Positions 11,301 to 22,325 of a stretch of 64,000 nucleotides of DNA are shown in pieces. Position 1 is the stretch's first letter. Each line of letters opens with the position of its first letter. This DNA comes from Porphyridium purpureum. Taxonomy: Eukaryota. Below the pieces are notes generated by a model. The model made no database searches and was not told the origin of the DNA. It saw nothing but the letters and a program-made list of their open reading frames with translations. The stretch is from assembly GCA_008690995.1 (NCBI GenBank), contig VRMN01000018.1, positions 62,001 to 126,000 on the forward strand, written 5' to 3'. Made by a program: the position numbers and the translations under genes.

Positions 11301-11957
11301 TCTGTTGCAAAACTTGCGATGGCGTACCACATGCTGGGTACCGGGCCCAGTGCCCCTGAGTCTCAGGCAGAGTCGCTGGTCGAGGAGGTAGAACAGCGGC
11401 TGTATTTGATTCATGCGCAGGACATGCTGGGAGCATCCATGAATGCGCCAGACGCATTGATGAGCGTGGCATCATTGGTTCATGAGTATATTCGGACGGC
11501 GCCGCTGGCAACAGAGGCACTTGCGAAGCGTGTACTGATTGCGTTTGAAATCGTGTCGCGCTCCGCGTGGATCACCAGCGAGGCTGAGCGCCGGCGTCTA
11601 AACTCATTTGTGTGGGGTGCTTGCGTGCAACGTGAGATGCATCTCTGGAGCAGCATCATGCAGCGAAGGGACCGCACAGACGTTTGCGCCGCCCAATTGC
11701 TCGAGCAGACGGCGTTCTTCATTGTGTGCTTTGAAAATGGACTCACCCATCCCGAGCTGGACAGCTTGATTGCTGCTGGCGTTTTTCATTTCGACGGAGG
11801 GGACGCATCAACGGGTGAGCACTTGCGGTCCGAAATAAGTGCCTCCGACGTGGCTCGTGATGCGCTCCACTCGTTGCTGATCTCGTGTCTCTCAGTGGTC
11901 GAGGCGGTCAAGAACGGAGAGCGAGATATGAGCGACGATGGACAGCATGTGGAGTAG
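8328..11957 (+). CDS. NUP133: Nucleoporin Nup133-like
   Basis: 1209 aa with a beta-rich N half and a helical C half; WVHDLRMQRYDQAA and KTILSVAKLA resemble Nup133 C-domain motifs. Confidence 0.6.
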   Translation: MTTKVWRTLAPEIEDAIQDARADGRASAACMCGTLAATACGWTVYVYERHTPSKVLARLEIPAGSSDDVWSNTAHDFSSATRTLTPKPTLVICLFRPSDAHSELALAVLTPSGLLRIYSSIDCATAEPDFVECDTGLTDCARMSSWQCEPDRVILLAASVSALSGGIGVKYRDGRLELTVLRVGEARSLSGPHGSRRGLRSLFSGGLFGQGGGSDQTPAPQPVKNEEQGGVLHVASRLVSLLGVAPQYYLAVHAAGGLEKWSVDQSERITRLSVSNIAADTRRFLSSHVLDSMGMYEVLGACSLPPGHGHVDCITAVLVGFSATEQGRVHLYVVQVDTSSGESPKISQADFVGIVEPQWRAENVSEQAQAVAFVVSQQFAYVVLGREMKILWVSVTPGVPSEDQVRGSTSFQVSYSAGLLQGAYVLGWGDASAKGALYQGGLEMAPLVLFLNGAVLNFGCGLFPPVERPIGISIRSAVAMIYLQYSATLIRPARHSLASVWTDHNFQKELGTAVEDLSHLISDCGSDVLRSTCRYVHTASGGAIDTFASAPERATPHTAETSAFSLLGHQQQVVLVTSEMISVAVKHFSVLLQMLHDRRLLEGIGSSSSSESAPVLWYVLDTRGKSVLMSCFGELCAVRSLRKLTEMWNSKRAGAKAPDAALVFEALDALEQRSARGVSVYAHPAGVYEFVECVVEGLRDRMLPAGARIGANERGALTQSYSSTADAVRVVLEGFVQSWHEASIPSQAISELVPSYRACSNEFLHTCCEVLCFATSIVGDVEYESNSGESDTKSTYLTLAAATSHLCKSILRLAQMLAEGPEKSEIQGRCIKVLLSLGLAEQALECTFEFHIQEFVMPLCVPKSLRSKERDFGLHASSGFQHDAPARLQCEKLLIRAAETFGERAFWPFAFQWLEVNGYFHLLLDRTSEPQLEALTRYFSQPEREMKSKVGWVHDLRMQRYDQAAAGALHVVRRLWVPGQQGSFSNAKTILSVAKLAMAYHMLGTGPSAPESQAESLVEEVEQRLYLIHAQDMLGASMNAPDALMSVASLVHEYIRTAPLATEALAKRVLIAFEIVSRSAWITSEAERRRLNSFVWGACVQREMHLWSSIMQRRDRTDVCAAQLLEQTAFFIVCFENGLTHPELDSLIAAGVFHFDGGDASTGEHLRSEISASDVARDALHSLLISCLSVVEAVKNGERDMSDDGQHVE

Positions 11958-12119
11958 GATGAGCATCGGGACGCACGGCTTGTTAGATCAAGGTCACTCA
12001 ATAAATGTATGTAACCCATGTGCACGGCTTTGGATGGACGGGGAAGGGAAGAAGGAATAAAACAGAAGAAGAAGAGTAAGAGTGGGTGCGGTGTGGTGGA
12101 GTCATGGTCGACGCTGCCG

Positions 12120-13238
12120 ATGGTCAAGGACATGGCGGGTACTGAGGCGGACTTGTACTTGCAGAGCCTTGCGCACGCTCGTCCGGAACGGAAGAGCGGC
12201 CACGCTGGTGAACCTGCTGTTGTCAGACAAGAGCCCAGCCTCGGCAATGAGCGCAAGCGCGTGCTGCTGGCGGAGCCGGTCGAGCTTCTAGATGCGGACG
12301 CACGACTTCTGGAGCGCGGAAACGAACAGTTTCGTGCAGGCAAGTATGCAGCCGCAAGTGCAAGTTACCGTGCCGCGATGCTCGCGGAGCCGCGACTGGA
12401 TGCGTCGGCATTGACTGACATTCGCGCTCGCGCGAATTGCGCACAATGCGAGCTCAAACTCGGGCGGCCGGCGCATGCCGAGCGGCAAGCTTCTGTAGCA
12501 TTTAGTCGCATCGAATGTATCCTGAATGCCCGAGGACCCGTGTGCCAAAACCAAGACGTCCACGCGGCGCTCCAAATGCTTGCGCGCAAGTGTGCGTATC
12601 GACGCGCCCAGGCTTGGCATGCGTTGGGGCAGGTGGATCTCGCCACCAAAGACGTTGAGTATCTACTAGCACAGGAGCCATGCGATCAGGCGGCACGGGC
12701 GCTGCAGAAGAAACTAAGCAAGGGCAGCAGCAGCGCGACAGGCAGCCCCGACAACCACCTCAATGAAGCGGAAGCGCTGTCGGTGCCTTGTGCGAAAGTG
12801 GTCGCTGCTGACACATTACCCACGTGTGCGAGGGCGCCGCCGAGTGGGCCCCTCCAGTTTGAGAAAGTGTGGAGATCACTCAGCCGAGAGCAGCGCGCAG
12901 CATACGTCCGAGATGTGTTTTGTGTCGGCGGTCGGCGTCTGAAGTCGGTGCTGACGGAAGCTGTTGCAAGTGCAGAACTGATTGGCGAGTTGATAGATAC
13001 GCTACATACGTTGGTTCCGAGCCCCGATTCAAGAACAACGCCAAACGTATTGTTCGTGAACGGTCTCGCACGCGCACTCGTGGACTGCTCTTGCTCGCCC
13101 CGCTTCAGTCTGCATTGGATATTTCTGGACGATGCACAGCGCGCCATGTTCACGGAGAGCATTGCACGCACGAGCACAGTGTTGGGCGGGAGTGCAATTG
13201 GCTCCGAGCTCTGCGCTTTGGAAAACTCGCTCAAGTAG
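12120..13238 (+). CDS. TPR co-chaperone with an RPAP3/SPAG1 C-terminal domain
   Basis: TPRs (ERGNEQFRAGKY, NCAQCELKL, KCAYRRAQA) plus PPSGPLQFEKVWR...RFSL...FL; start uncertain (12018/12120/12132). Confidence 0.7.
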   Translation: MVKDMAGTEADLYLQSLAHARPERKSGHAGEPAVVRQEPSLGNERKRVLLAEPVELLDADARLLERGNEQFRAGKYAAASASYRAAMLAEPRLDASALTDIRARANCAQCELKLGRPAHAERQASVAFSRIECILNARGPVCQNQDVHAALQMLARKCAYRRAQAWHALGQVDLATKDVEYLLAQEPCDQAARALQKKLSKGSSSATGSPDNHLNEAEALSVPCAKVVAADTLPTCARAPPSGPLQFEKVWRSLSREQRAAYVRDVFCVGGRRLKSVLTEAVASAELIGELIDTLHTLVPSPDSRTTPNVLFVNGLARALVDCSCSPRFSLHWIFLDDAQRAMFTESIARTSTVLGGSAIGSELCALENSLK

Positions 13239-13493
13239 GCTGGCTACGATAAAATTAGGGATTTTTCGGCATACGGGTGCGCTGTTGTGCCTGGCGGTAC
13301 CAAAGGCTCCGGCGACCACCGGGGTAGCCCCCTCCGGAGAGTTCGAAACTGAGTGTGCGAGAGCGGGCACATGGTTCCCTCCGTCCAATTCGATTTATCT
13401 CTCTTCCGGAATTTGCGAACAAAATACTTCAGAAACTACACACTCACACTGGAACACGTGGATCAAGGCCGACGCGCAGCAAAGCGGAACTGC

Positions 13494-14711
13494 TCAGTAC
13501 TTGTAGCCTTTTTCAAAGGTGCCTTGCTTGTCCAGAGACGGCTCAGATCCGGGCACGTACTTTCCAAGGTTGGCCATCGAGTTCGCGCGCGCGCGCGCCA
13601 GCAGTGCGTCTTGGGCGGCCTTGACGTTCTCCTCCTTGCCGAGCCACGACTTGAGGCAAGATTGCTGAAGAGCGCGGCCGTACGAGAAGGTCAGGCTCCA
13701 CGGACCCTTTCGCGGAATCGAGTTCATCACCGACAGGTTGATGCTGGCCTCCTCCTCGGACATGCCACCGGACAGGAACGTCACGCCGGGCACTGACGAT
13801 GGCAGGCGGCGCTCCAGTGTGCGGATCGTGTACTTGGCAATGTCTTCTGGCTGGATGGCTCCCTTCCACTCGGCGCCTGGCACCACCATGTTGGGCTTCA
13901 GCAGCGAGCCCTCGAGGTACACGCCGCAGGTATCGCAGTTCTTGTACACCGACGCAAGGACCTCCTCGCCAACCTCGGCCGTTCGCTCAATGTCGTGGTC
14001 ACCGTCCATCAAGATTTCCGGCTCGATGATGGGCACCAGTCCACTGTCCTGGCAAATCTTGGCGTAGCGCGCCAGGCCCCAGGTGTTCTCGGCAATCGAC
14101 AGCTTCGACGGGGTCTTGTCGGAGATCTGGAGCACCGCGCGCCACTTGGCGAAGCGGGCACCCTGCTTGTAGTACGCCGCGGTTCGCTCCGCGAGCCCGT
14201 CAAGGCCCGTGCACCACGTCTCGATCGGCTCGGCACCTCCCAGCGGCGAGAGGCCCTTGTCGACCTTGATTCCGGGAACGATGCCGTTCTCGTTCAGGAT
14301 GTCAACAAACAGCTTGCCAGCCTTGTCGGTCTGGTACAGGGTCTCCTCGAACAGAATGGCGCCCGAGATGTACTCGCCCAGCCCGGGGCACGAGAAGAGC
14401 AGCGATCGGTATGCCTGGCGGTTGGCCTCGGTGTTCTCGACGCCAATGGACGCGAGGCGCTTTCCGATGGTTGCCGTGGACTCGTCGACGGCCAGCAGGC
14501 CCTTGCCGGGCAAGGTCATCTTATCGGCCGTGGACTTGAGCTCGTCGGCAAACTTGGACACGTTGCCCTTGACCCCCACGTTCATGGCCATGCGCAGCGC
14601 GCCCCTGCGCGGCGCGACCGACGCGCCGGCGGTCGGCGCGACGCACATCTGCTTGCTGCCCACGAACGACCCGCTGGCCGCCGCCGCCCCGCACACAAAT
14701 CCAGCCACCAT
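13494..14711 (-). CDS. FBA: Class I fructose-bisphosphate aldolase, plastid-targeted
   Basis: [36 protein letters not shown] and C-terminal Tyr; ATG 14711 begins a transit peptide (MVAGFV). Confidence 0.97.
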   Translation of the reverse strand: MVAGFVCGAAAASGSFVGSKQMCVAPTAGASVAPRRGALRMAMNVGVKGNVSKFADELKSTADKMTLPGKGLLAVDESTATIGKRLASIGVENTEANRQAYRSLLFSCPGLGEYISGAILFEETLYQTDKAGKLFVDILNENGIVPGIKVDKGLSPLGGAEPIETWCTGLDGLAERTAAYYKQGARFAKWRAVLQISDKTPSKLSIAENTWGLARYAKICQDSGLVPIIEPEILMDGDHDIERTAEVGEEVLASVYKNCDTCGVYLEGSLLKPNMVVPGAEWKGAIQPEDIAKYTIRTLERRLPSSVPGVTFLSGGMSEEEASINLSVMNSIPRKGPWSLTFSYGRALQQSCLKSWLGKEENVKAAQDALLARARANSMANLGKYVPGSEPSLDKQGTFEKGYKY

Positions 14712-14740
14712 CTTTCCCTGGGTATCTACTGCACGTCCTT

Positions 14741-14800
14741 CACACACACACACACACACACACACACCGACGCCCACACGCACGCACACACACACACACA
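14741..14800. repeat. Compound (CA)n microsatellite just upstream of the aldolase ATG
   Basis: Directly visible (CA)13 followed by interrupted CA runs. Confidence 0.95.
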
Positions 14801-15167
14801 ATCCCTTCCTCTCCTTCCCCCTCGTGCGTATGTCGCCGTCCCTCGGATCTGTTTGTACGTCGCGTACCAAACCGCAATCTCGCGCCGCAAGCCACAGCCG
14901 CTTCTTATACGTGCGCGCACTGCGCTCGCACACCGCCCCGGCCTTTTCCCCCCCTCCCCCCCACCGTTCCCGCGTGTGGCGCTGATTCTCTATCAAAACG
15001 CACCACTTTCATATAACCACACCGCACACCCTCTGCACATGTGATCGAAATCCATCCCTCCTCCAGTCCACCAGAATCGACCATTTAGACCATCGACCGC
15101 ACATACCTACCACACAAACCCTCAAACACCACAAAAACCACCCATCCACACCAATCACAACTGTGAT

Positions 15168-15226
15168 TACTACCCCTCCTACTACTACTACCCCTCCTAC
15201 TACTACTACTACTACTACTATTACTA
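15168..15226. repeat. (CTA)n microsatellite with duplicated TACCCCTCC interruptions
   Basis: Directly visible. Confidence 0.9.
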
Positions 15227-15861
15227 TTCACTAGTCGTCGCAGCACTAAAGGAACGGCAGCAAATACCAAGGATTATCTTCACCATTTGCCACACCGACA
15301 AAAAGAACAAGAAGCGTCTTTCGCTCAAGGCTGTGGAAAAGTCCCGCGAAGTCTGGCGCGTTTTGGTACAGCGGTGCCGCACGCCTCGCGGCACCACCAC
15401 CACCCACCCATGATGGGTCGCGATCTCGTGTGATCACCGCAGAACACGGGCGCGCCTGCGGTGTGCGGTCCTTCTTCATCATCAACACGCGTAGCCGCAC
15501 TGTACTTGGCCGGACACAAAACGGCCGCCAGATGCACCGCGCCACGCACACGCAGCGCACAACCCTCCGCCTAACTCGCCCCCGCGGTTAGATTGAGGGC
15601 TGCGCGCGCAGCGCAACGCGGTTCAGCGTGCCGCCACACATCCAGGTACAGCCGTCTCGCTCGGCGCCGCGCACTGTACTTCGCGCCTGCTTACAGCATG
15701 CATCCTGCGGGCGTTCGAAAATTTGAAACTTGGCGGACGTGCCGCGTGTCGCGGGTGCAGGCGGTTGCGCGACCGCGCGCACATCGGAGCAAGTCCGCAA
15801 GTCCGCAGCGCGTGACTGCGCGCCTGGCTTTTTCTTCCTTCGTTCCGCCGCTCGCCGCACG

Positions 15862-17823
15862 ATGCGCGATCGGCCTGCACTGCAGCTCACCGACTGGACC
15901 GTGCGGCCGTGCCTGCGCGAGGCCTGCGGGTCTCACGCTCACGCGCAAGGCGCGCGCGGCAAGCCGTCGAGGTTTTGCACAGTGTGGGAGCTGCGCGGGT
16001 ATTGCGCGCACGCAAACGAGCCGTTCTGTGCGCCGCTCCATGCAATTGAGCGCGTGCACGAGCACCGCACGCTGCTCATGGCAGGCTCCAGGCAAATCCG
16101 GCTCTTGGGCGCGCCGGCGTACGGAGCTCGGCACGGAGAACGCAACAGAGAGCTCACGAAACGCATGGCCAGCGTATTCCAGGACGGGTTTCCATGCGCG
16201 TACCGCACAATCACAACATACTTGGGACGGCTTCTCGCGTCGTTCAAAGAGCACGAGGTGCTGGACATGGACTTCAGGCAAGACACCGTGGACACAGGCG
16301 AGCACGTCGCCACACGGGCCGAGCCAGAGTTTGCTGTCAAAGAACCTCTGGCGGGAGAGGAACACGTGCAAGAGGACACGAGCGGAGCGAGCCTCACAAA
16401 AGCATCAGAATCCGTGGCACAGGCCGCCGTTGGACCGCACAAACAGGATGAAAGCACCGTCGCCATCCATCACGAGCGCTTGGATAGCACACCAAACGAG
16501 GGTCTGGTGAGTTTGTCGCCGAAGGAGCAGGACGTACCACCCGCGCTGCCAGCTGACCAAATCCCTGTCGCTGCGTCTCAGTGTGAACACAAACTGCAAG
16601 AAACGCAAACCGTTTCTCCACCAAAACCGCAACGGAAAGGAGCGAGAGCTGCCGACCAGACGTGCCAGCAAGAGCTGACGACGCGGGTCACAAGGTCCCA
16701 AACAATAGCACCTGCGTCACGCGGAGCGCCGGCATGTTCGAAGCCGTCTGACTCGGGCGGAATCAAGCGCGGTCGCTCCGGGAGCCGGAAGGAGCAGGCC
16801 AGCCAGGAGCAGGCTAACAAGGATAACTCTGACGTGACAGACAGCCATGCTGGCAAGACAAACGCACTCAAGGAGTGGTCAAAGTCTGACATCAAGCGAT
16901 ACAACGATGCATGCGCGCGTATTCCCATGCAGAGCGGCCAGTACTGGACGCTTGTTGCATATGCAGTCGGTACGAAAACCGCAGAGCAGTGCATCGCAAA
17001 GTGGCAAAGTCAAGTTGCTGGATCGCCGAACAGTTTGCATCGCGAAGGTGGACGAAGCACTGGTGTACCTGACAGCGCAAAGGTAGTGCAGTGGCTCAAT
17101 AATGGAAAGAAGAAGAACGCAGGGACAGCGAAATACCGGAAATTCATGCGCAGCGTGGCGGCGAGCGTGAATGAGCTGCACCACGAAAAAAGCCGGCGCG
17201 ATGATGTCTACGAAAGTACACCATTCCGCAAAAGCCGCGAGCTGGAGGGCCAGGCGCAGGTCATGCTCAGTCAAATGCTCGGCGATGAGGAAGGGGAGGC
17301 CAGTCCCGAGTACGGAAATACCCGCTACAAGTCTCAAGAAGATAAGGAAACGAAGAAGGAAAGGAAAAGAACACGCTGTTCTCCTCGTCTCACTATTTTG
17401 GAGCCCAGCACGGCGGTGAAGAGGCAACGTAGGGAGCTCGGTCTGTCACGTGGCATTTTCAAGACACCTGAAGTGATCTCCCGAGCGAAAGCTATTCGAC
17501 CGGACGCGGCCGACGCGTACATTGTGGCTTTCAGGAAGCGGCTAAAGGGTAACAGCAGTCAGAATGCTCTCCCGAAGGGCCCTAAGAGTACACTGGCTGC
17601 AACTGGCTCTGACTCACACGCTCTGGAGGCGAGCACCTTTATCACACCTTCCGCAAAGCTGCGCTTCTCTGCGCGCAAAGCACGACAACCACTCGTCAAA
17701 ATGGATGCAAGCGAGGCCGTGTCGCCTGGTGATGGCGACTTTTTCGAGCAGCTCGCTGGTGGCGGTGAGGCGCTCTTGTCCGAAGACGAGGCCGTCGCAG
17801 ATGAATACTACTTTTCGGATTAG
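15862..17823 (+). CDS. KNL2: Centromere licensing factor KNL2/M18BP1 (SANTA + SANT/Myb)
   Basis: SANTA (LTDWTV...IRLLG...FQDGFP), SANT (WSKSD...YWTLVAYAVGTKTAEQC), GTAKYRKFMR, DDVYESTP and terminal YYFSD. Confidence 0.8.
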   Translation: MRDRPALQLTDWTVRPCLREACGSHAHAQGARGKPSRFCTVWELRGYCAHANEPFCAPLHAIERVHEHRTLLMAGSRQIRLLGAPAYGARHGERNRELTKRMASVFQDGFPCAYRTITTYLGRLLASFKEHEVLDMDFRQDTVDTGEHVATRAEPEFAVKEPLAGEEHVQEDTSGASLTKASESVAQAAVGPHKQDESTVAIHHERLDSTPNEGLVSLSPKEQDVPPALPADQIPVAASQCEHKLQETQTVSPPKPQRKGARAADQTCQQELTTRVTRSQTIAPASRGAPACSKPSDSGGIKRGRSGSRKEQASQEQANKDNSDVTDSHAGKTNALKEWSKSDIKRYNDACARIPMQSGQYWTLVAYAVGTKTAEQCIAKWQSQVAGSPNSLHREGGRSTGVPDSAKVVQWLNNGKKKNAGTAKYRKFMRSVAASVNELHHEKSRRDDVYESTPFRKSRELEGQAQVMLSQMLGDEEGEASPEYGNTRYKSQEDKETKKERKRTRCSPRLTILEPSTAVKRQRRELGLSRGIFKTPEVISRAKAIRPDAADAYIVAFRKRLKGNSSQNALPKGPKSTLAATGSDSHALEASTFITPSAKLRFSARKARQPLVKMDASEAVSPGDGDFFEQLAGGGEALLSEDEAVADEYYFSD

Positions 17824-17931
17824 TTTGTTGGTCCTTCTTAGCAGATGCCAAAAGGCCATTTGTCTTTTTCGCACGCTTCCAGACACGTTTCCGGATCAAA
17901 GGAGCAACACAGCATGTCAATACCAGTAGAT

Positions 17932-18489
17932 TTACTTTGCAGAAGACTCGTGCACATCTGCATTGGCCTCTGTATCCACACGAACTGCTGCTGCAGCAGG
18001 ACCTTTCGCATCAAAATCTTGAGTTGCCGAGGACTTTACCGTCGCTGCGTCAACGGCTGTCGAGGCCTCTCCCGTATTCTGTTCGCTACCAGACGATACC
18101 GGCGCCTCCGCGCCGGGTAAGAGCTCAGATTCGTGACTGGGCGAAGACGCTTTGTCCTGGTCTTGTTCGCCCAGATCGTACTCGTCTGGATGTTCCAGCA
18201 TGCATTCCTGCATACCTTGAAACTTATCGACGCAGTCCATGCCGCGCGGTTCCGTCTCACTCTCCAGAAAGCAGCGGTATGCGGCCACGAACGCATCACC
18301 GCACGGCCCGTCCTTCATCTTCGCTATGCATGGGCAGTTGAGCGCCTCCTCAATGAGCTCCTCCTTACTCTTGGGCCGTTCCTGCTCGCGCACCAGCTCG
18401 GCCGCCCGCAGGAGCGCTTCCTCTGCGCGCTCCAGCAGCTGCTCTTCGTCATCCTTGGCCGCGGCCGCGGACGCTTCGTTCCCGCCCAT
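17932..18489 (-). CDS. MIA40: Mitochondrial intermembrane-space import oxidoreductase Mia40
   Basis: CPC motif followed by twin CX9C (CGDAFVAAYRC / CVDKFQGMQEC). Confidence 0.93.
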   Translation of the reverse strand: MGGNEASAAAAKDDEEQLLERAEEALLRAAELVREQERPKSKEELIEEALNCPCIAKMKDGPCGDAFVAAYRCFLESETEPRGMDCVDKFQGMQECMLEHPDEYDLGEQDQDKASSPSHESELLPGAEAPVSSGSEQNTGEASTAVDAATVKSSATQDFDAKGPAAAAVRVDTEANADVHESSAK

Positions 18490-18739
18490 CTTCGCGCGAG
18501 GATCCGCCTGCTCGACGCTCTTGTCGGTCAGCCGCTGCGTCGACGCGCACACCGCGCGCCCTCCAACCAGCCGCACAAGTGAGTACAGTTGTCACCCCTT
18601 GCGCGGTTCGGTTTCGATGGTCTAGCGGTTGAATCGGTTCACAAGGTTTAAGCGGTTCCCACAATCGACCGTCACGCCGATTCGTGCAGCGAGCGATTCG
18701 CCACAGCGAGGAGGCTGCACGCAGCAGGTGACACGGAAG

Positions 18740-19255
18740 ATGCTTGGGGCGTTTGCGTCTGCGTGTGCGTCTGTCTCTGCGTCTGCGTCGCGCCTGCATG
18801 CTGCGTGGCGCAGTCATTCTCTGAAGGCAGCGGGCGGGCGGTATCTGAAGCGCGTCCAGCCTGCAAGGGCAATGGCCACGGCAAAGTCTAATGGGCAGGA
18901 GGAGGGCGGGACCAGGTGCGTCGTGTACGTGACGGCGCCAAACGAATCGGTCGCGCAGAGTATTGCAAGTGAGCTTGTTCACTATAGGCTAGCGGCGTGC
19001 GTCAATGTGATTCCTGGGATCAAGAGTACGTACCTCTGGGCGGGCAAGGTCGAAACTGACCAGGAGCTGCTTCTGATGATCAAGACCAGACGCGAGCTAG
19101 TAAACACATTGACCGAACGCGTGGTTCAGTTGCACCCGTACGATTGCCCCGAGGTCATTGAGGTTCCCATTGTTGGCGGTTTCCAAAACTATCTAAAGTG
19201 GATCGACGCGTCTACCATCCAAGCGAGTGATAAAATACAAGGCGCGGGCGAGTAG
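18740..19255 (+). CDS. CUTA: CutA divalent-cation tolerance protein with an organellar presequence
   Basis: LAACVNVIPGI.S.Y.W.G, LMIKT and HPYDCPEVI motifs. Confidence 0.93.
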   Translation: MLGAFASACASVSASASRLHAAWRSHSLKAAGGRYLKRVQPARAMATAKSNGQEEGGTRCVVYVTAPNESVAQSIASELVHYRLAACVNVIPGIKSTYLWAGKVETDQELLLMIKTRRELVNTLTERVVQLHPYDCPEVIEVPIVGGFQNYLKWIDASTIQASDKIQGAGE

Positions 19256-19281
19256 TCGCTATTGGGCTAGCCTACGCGATG

Positions 19282-20337
19282 CTAGTTCGAAGGTGGACTG
19301 AGCATGAGCTGTTGCCGCTGGATCTCAAACATTATGATTGTGGCGGCCATCGCAGCGTTCAGGGACTCAGTACAGCCGCCCAGCATGGGGATGCGAATCG
19401 TATCGCTCGCGTGATCAAGTGCTTCCTGACTTGGACCCTGCGCTTCAGAGCCAATAAGAAGCGCGCCTCCCCGCACCCAGTCAATATCATAGTAAGCGGT
19501 CTTTCCGCTGCCGTCCGCCACGTAAATTGGGAGCTTGAGCTCCGTTACAACGTGCCGAGCAATATCACCTAGTTCCATGTCTGAAAGAATAGGGACCTGA
19601 AAGTGGGCACCCATGCCGGAACGCACCACCTTGGGGTTCCACACATCCACGCTGCCTTTTGAGCAGAACACGGCGTCCATACCAGAAGCGGCGGCACTGC
19701 GCAGGAGAGTGCCGAGGTTACCAGGGTCGGTAATGGCGTCCGCGACCAGGACGCGTGACGCATTTTGTAGAGCACTGAGCCCGAGTTGAGGCATCTGAGC
19801 GATGGCTACGACTCCTTGCGGAGTGACAACGTCACTTATATACTGCATGACGGAGGACGTACAGATCACATGCTTGGTGAACGAGCTCTGTCCAGAAGAC
19901 GGAGTAGCACGCAGCGCCTCCAAGGCTTCAAAGAGCTGCTCACCAAGCGGACCTGAAAATGCTTTGGTGTCATCGAGAAAGACCACTTGCAGTGGCACGC
20001 CATTTCCTATGGCGTCCAGCACCAACCGATGCCCTTCAAGCACAACCTTGAGCTCCTTTTCTCGCCGCCTCCGATTCTCCATGAGCGCACGCGCGAGCTT
20101 TACGAGCGGATTTTTAACACTTGACACGTGCTGCACCCGGTCCTGCTCGGACGGCTCCATTCCTTGTCGCGGCGTAGCCTCTTCGTGCAGCATGCGCGTG
20201 AGCCGCGCGGGCCGCCCACGGCCACTGACGCGGCTTCTCGCGCGTGTCCGGCTACACTGATAGACGCAGAACCTCCTCGGCATTGCAACGCGCCATAGCG
20301 ACACGATACCAACCCATCCTGTGACCAGCCGACGCAT
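19282..20337 (-). CDS. SpoU/TrmH family RNA 2'-O-methyltransferase, organellar
   Basis: [30 protein letters not shown] and ESLNAAMA motifs; start uncertain. Confidence 0.9.
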   Translation of the reverse strand: MRRLVTGWVGIVSLWRVAMPRRFCVYQCSRTRARSRVSGRGRPARLTRMLHEEATPRQGMEPSEQDRVQHVSSVKNPLVKLARALMENRRRREKELKVVLEGHRLVLDAIGNGVPLQVVFLDDTKAFSGPLGEQLFEALEALRATPSSGQSSFTKHVICTSSVMQYISDVVTPQGVVAIAQMPQLGLSALQNASRVLVADAITDPGNLGTLLRSAAASGMDAVFCSKGSVDVWNPKVVRSGMGAHFQVPILSDMELGDIARHVVTELKLPIYVADGSGKTAYYDIDWVRGGALLIGSEAQGPSQEALDHASDTIRIPMLGGCTESLNAAMAATIIMFEIQRQQLMLSPPSN

Positions 20338-20471
20338 CACACACACGCTTCCCGCGACATCCGCACGGCTTGGCAGCGTCACAGCTACGGCGTCGGGGCT
20401 TGCGGTGGCGGGAAGGGGGGGAAAATCGTGAGGGGCGGACGTGCCGTTTGCACGGCGGCGAGAGGTGCGTC

Positions 20472-21593
20472 ATGGACCAGCAACAACAGCAGGGGAGCGG
20501 GAGCGGGGGTGCCAACCGGGCGGAGCGTCCGTCCACGAGCAACATCCTCCGCCCGAAAAGCCTGATGGCGCTAAACCAGATTCATGCGGGCGGAGAAGCG
20601 ATGCACGTTGGCGAGCAGTCTTTTGAGGACCAGATCGACCGTGTGCTCAACTATGAGATCCGCATTGTGACAGGCAACTCGAACCTACCGCTGGCGGCCG
20701 AGATTGCCAAGCTGCTGCGTGTTACGATCACCGAGGCCGACGTGAAGCGCTTTTCGGACGGTGAGGTGTACGTGTCCATCAAAGAGAACGTGCGTGGCAA
20801 GGACGTCTTCATCCTGCAGTCGACCTCCCCGCCAGTGAATGACCACCTCATGGAGCTGTTGGTCATCATCGACACGCTCAAGCGCGCGTCCGCCAAACGC
20901 ATCACTGCGGTGATTCCGTACTATGGCTACGCACGACAGGACCGGAAAAGTAACCCTCGCGTGCCAATCTCCGCGCGGTTGGTGGCTGACCTCATTGTGG
21001 CGGCTGGCGCGCACCGCGTGCTGGCATTCGAGCTCCATGCCGGCCAGATTCAGGGCTTTTTCAATATCCCAGTCGACCACATGTTTGCGATTCCGGTGTT
21101 TGCCGAGTACTTGCTGCAGCTGGAAAAGCAACCAGAGGATCTGGTTGTGGTTTCGCCGGATGCCGGCGGGATGGAGCGCGCCCGCGCCCTCGCCAAGCGC
21201 CTGAACGCCGCTCTGGCCATCATTGATAAGCGCCGCTCCGGGCCCAACGTAGCGCACGTCATGCACGTTATTGGTGACGTCATCGGCAAGGACTGCATCA
21301 TCGTGGACGACATGGTGGATACTGCCGGTACGCTGTGCGAGGGTGCCAAGGCGGTGATGGACAATGGAGCGCGCCGCGTACGTGCCTGTTGTGTGCATGC
21401 CGTGCTATCCGGACCGGCAATCGAACGTCTTCAAAATAGCCCGCTCGAACGGTTGTATGTGACCAACTCGATCCTGCTCCCCGACGAAAAGCTGATTCCC
21501 AAGATTCGAGTGTTGGGAGTCGCTCAAGTGTTTGCCGAAACCATCCGTCGCATCCATCGCGAAGAGTCTGTTTCGTCTCTGTTCCAGGAGTGA
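20472..21593 (+). CDS. PRS: Ribose-phosphate pyrophosphokinase (class I PRPP synthetase)
   Basis: [33 protein letters not shown] and [10 protein letters not shown] motifs. Confidence 0.97.
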   Translation: MDQQQQQGSGSGGANRAERPSTSNILRPKSLMALNQIHAGGEAMHVGEQSFEDQIDRVLNYEIRIVTGNSNLPLAAEIAKLLRVTITEADVKRFSDGEVYVSIKENVRGKDVFILQSTSPPVNDHLMELLVIIDTLKRASAKRITAVIPYYGYARQDRKSNPRVPISARLVADLIVAAGAHRVLAFELHAGQIQGFFNIPVDHMFAIPVFAEYLLQLEKQPEDLVVVSPDAGGMERARALAKRLNAALAIIDKRRSGPNVAHVMHVIGDVIGKDCIIVDDMVDTAGTLCEGAKAVMDNGARRVRACCVHAVLSGPAIERLQNSPLERLYVTNSILLPDEKLIPKIRVLGVAQVFAETIRRIHREESVSSLFQE

Positions 21594-22325
21594 TTGATCA
21601 GCAGTGTTTAGCCAGTAGAGCTAGCGTTCCTTCCCAAAGATAGTTTCATGGACGCTCCAGTCACAGTGATCGATTGTAGCTGCGGTCGCAATTCCCACCC
21701 TCACATCTTTTCCACATAACCCCACTGCCTGCTGCGGTTGGTCGCAAGATGGAGCGCCTGTCAGTGAGCATCGAGACGGGCATATGCCATGCCAAGCCCA
21801 CGACCGTTCATCCCGCGACTCCGTCAGACCAGAAAGCGAGCGTGACGTACATTCAGAGGCAGGAGAGAGACACGCGTGCCAGCTTTCTGCCCGCAGCCGG
21901 CACGGGAAACGTGAACCGGTTCGGCTTCAGGTGTCTGGCGGCAGACTTTGATGGCGGCATGTCGCCAAGCTCGAGGCCTTGGTATGGTGTGCGAAGGTGA
22001 GCAGAGGTATGACGAAAATCAGTTGGCGCAACACAGCTCCGGGTCGTTTGTGCTAGAGGACGTCGCACACTCGTCGCTTGCTGGCGAGTGAGTCCGGCGT
22101 GCATGCCAATATGTACGGGAGAGGTGGTCAGCTGATCAAGACGGAACGTGCGAAGGGAGAGTCAGGGCAGCCATGTTCAGGCTTGCCACTGGCTAAGGTG
22201 ATGAACCGGATTTGGAAGCCTGGATAATGAGCAGCTAGAATATATAATCTAGTCAGAACCTTAATAACTGATCCTTCTGCCGTGTGCAACAAAAAAGCCC
22301 ACCCGCCCGATCGTGCATCCATCAC

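Noticed and set aside
13494..14996. Extended 500-aa aldolase with a CVCVCV stretch (similar extension on the LysA-like ORF)
   Set aside because: The extension is a translated TG microsatellite from a non-ATG start; the plausible ATGs are 14711 and 23654.
21594..22325. Possible ncRNA (hairpin CACG-GGAAA-CGTG, C/D-like boxes) or 83-aa ORF between convergent genes
   Set aside because: No complete match to SRP, snRNA or snoRNA consensus by eye; may be 3' UTRs. An Infernal scan would decide.
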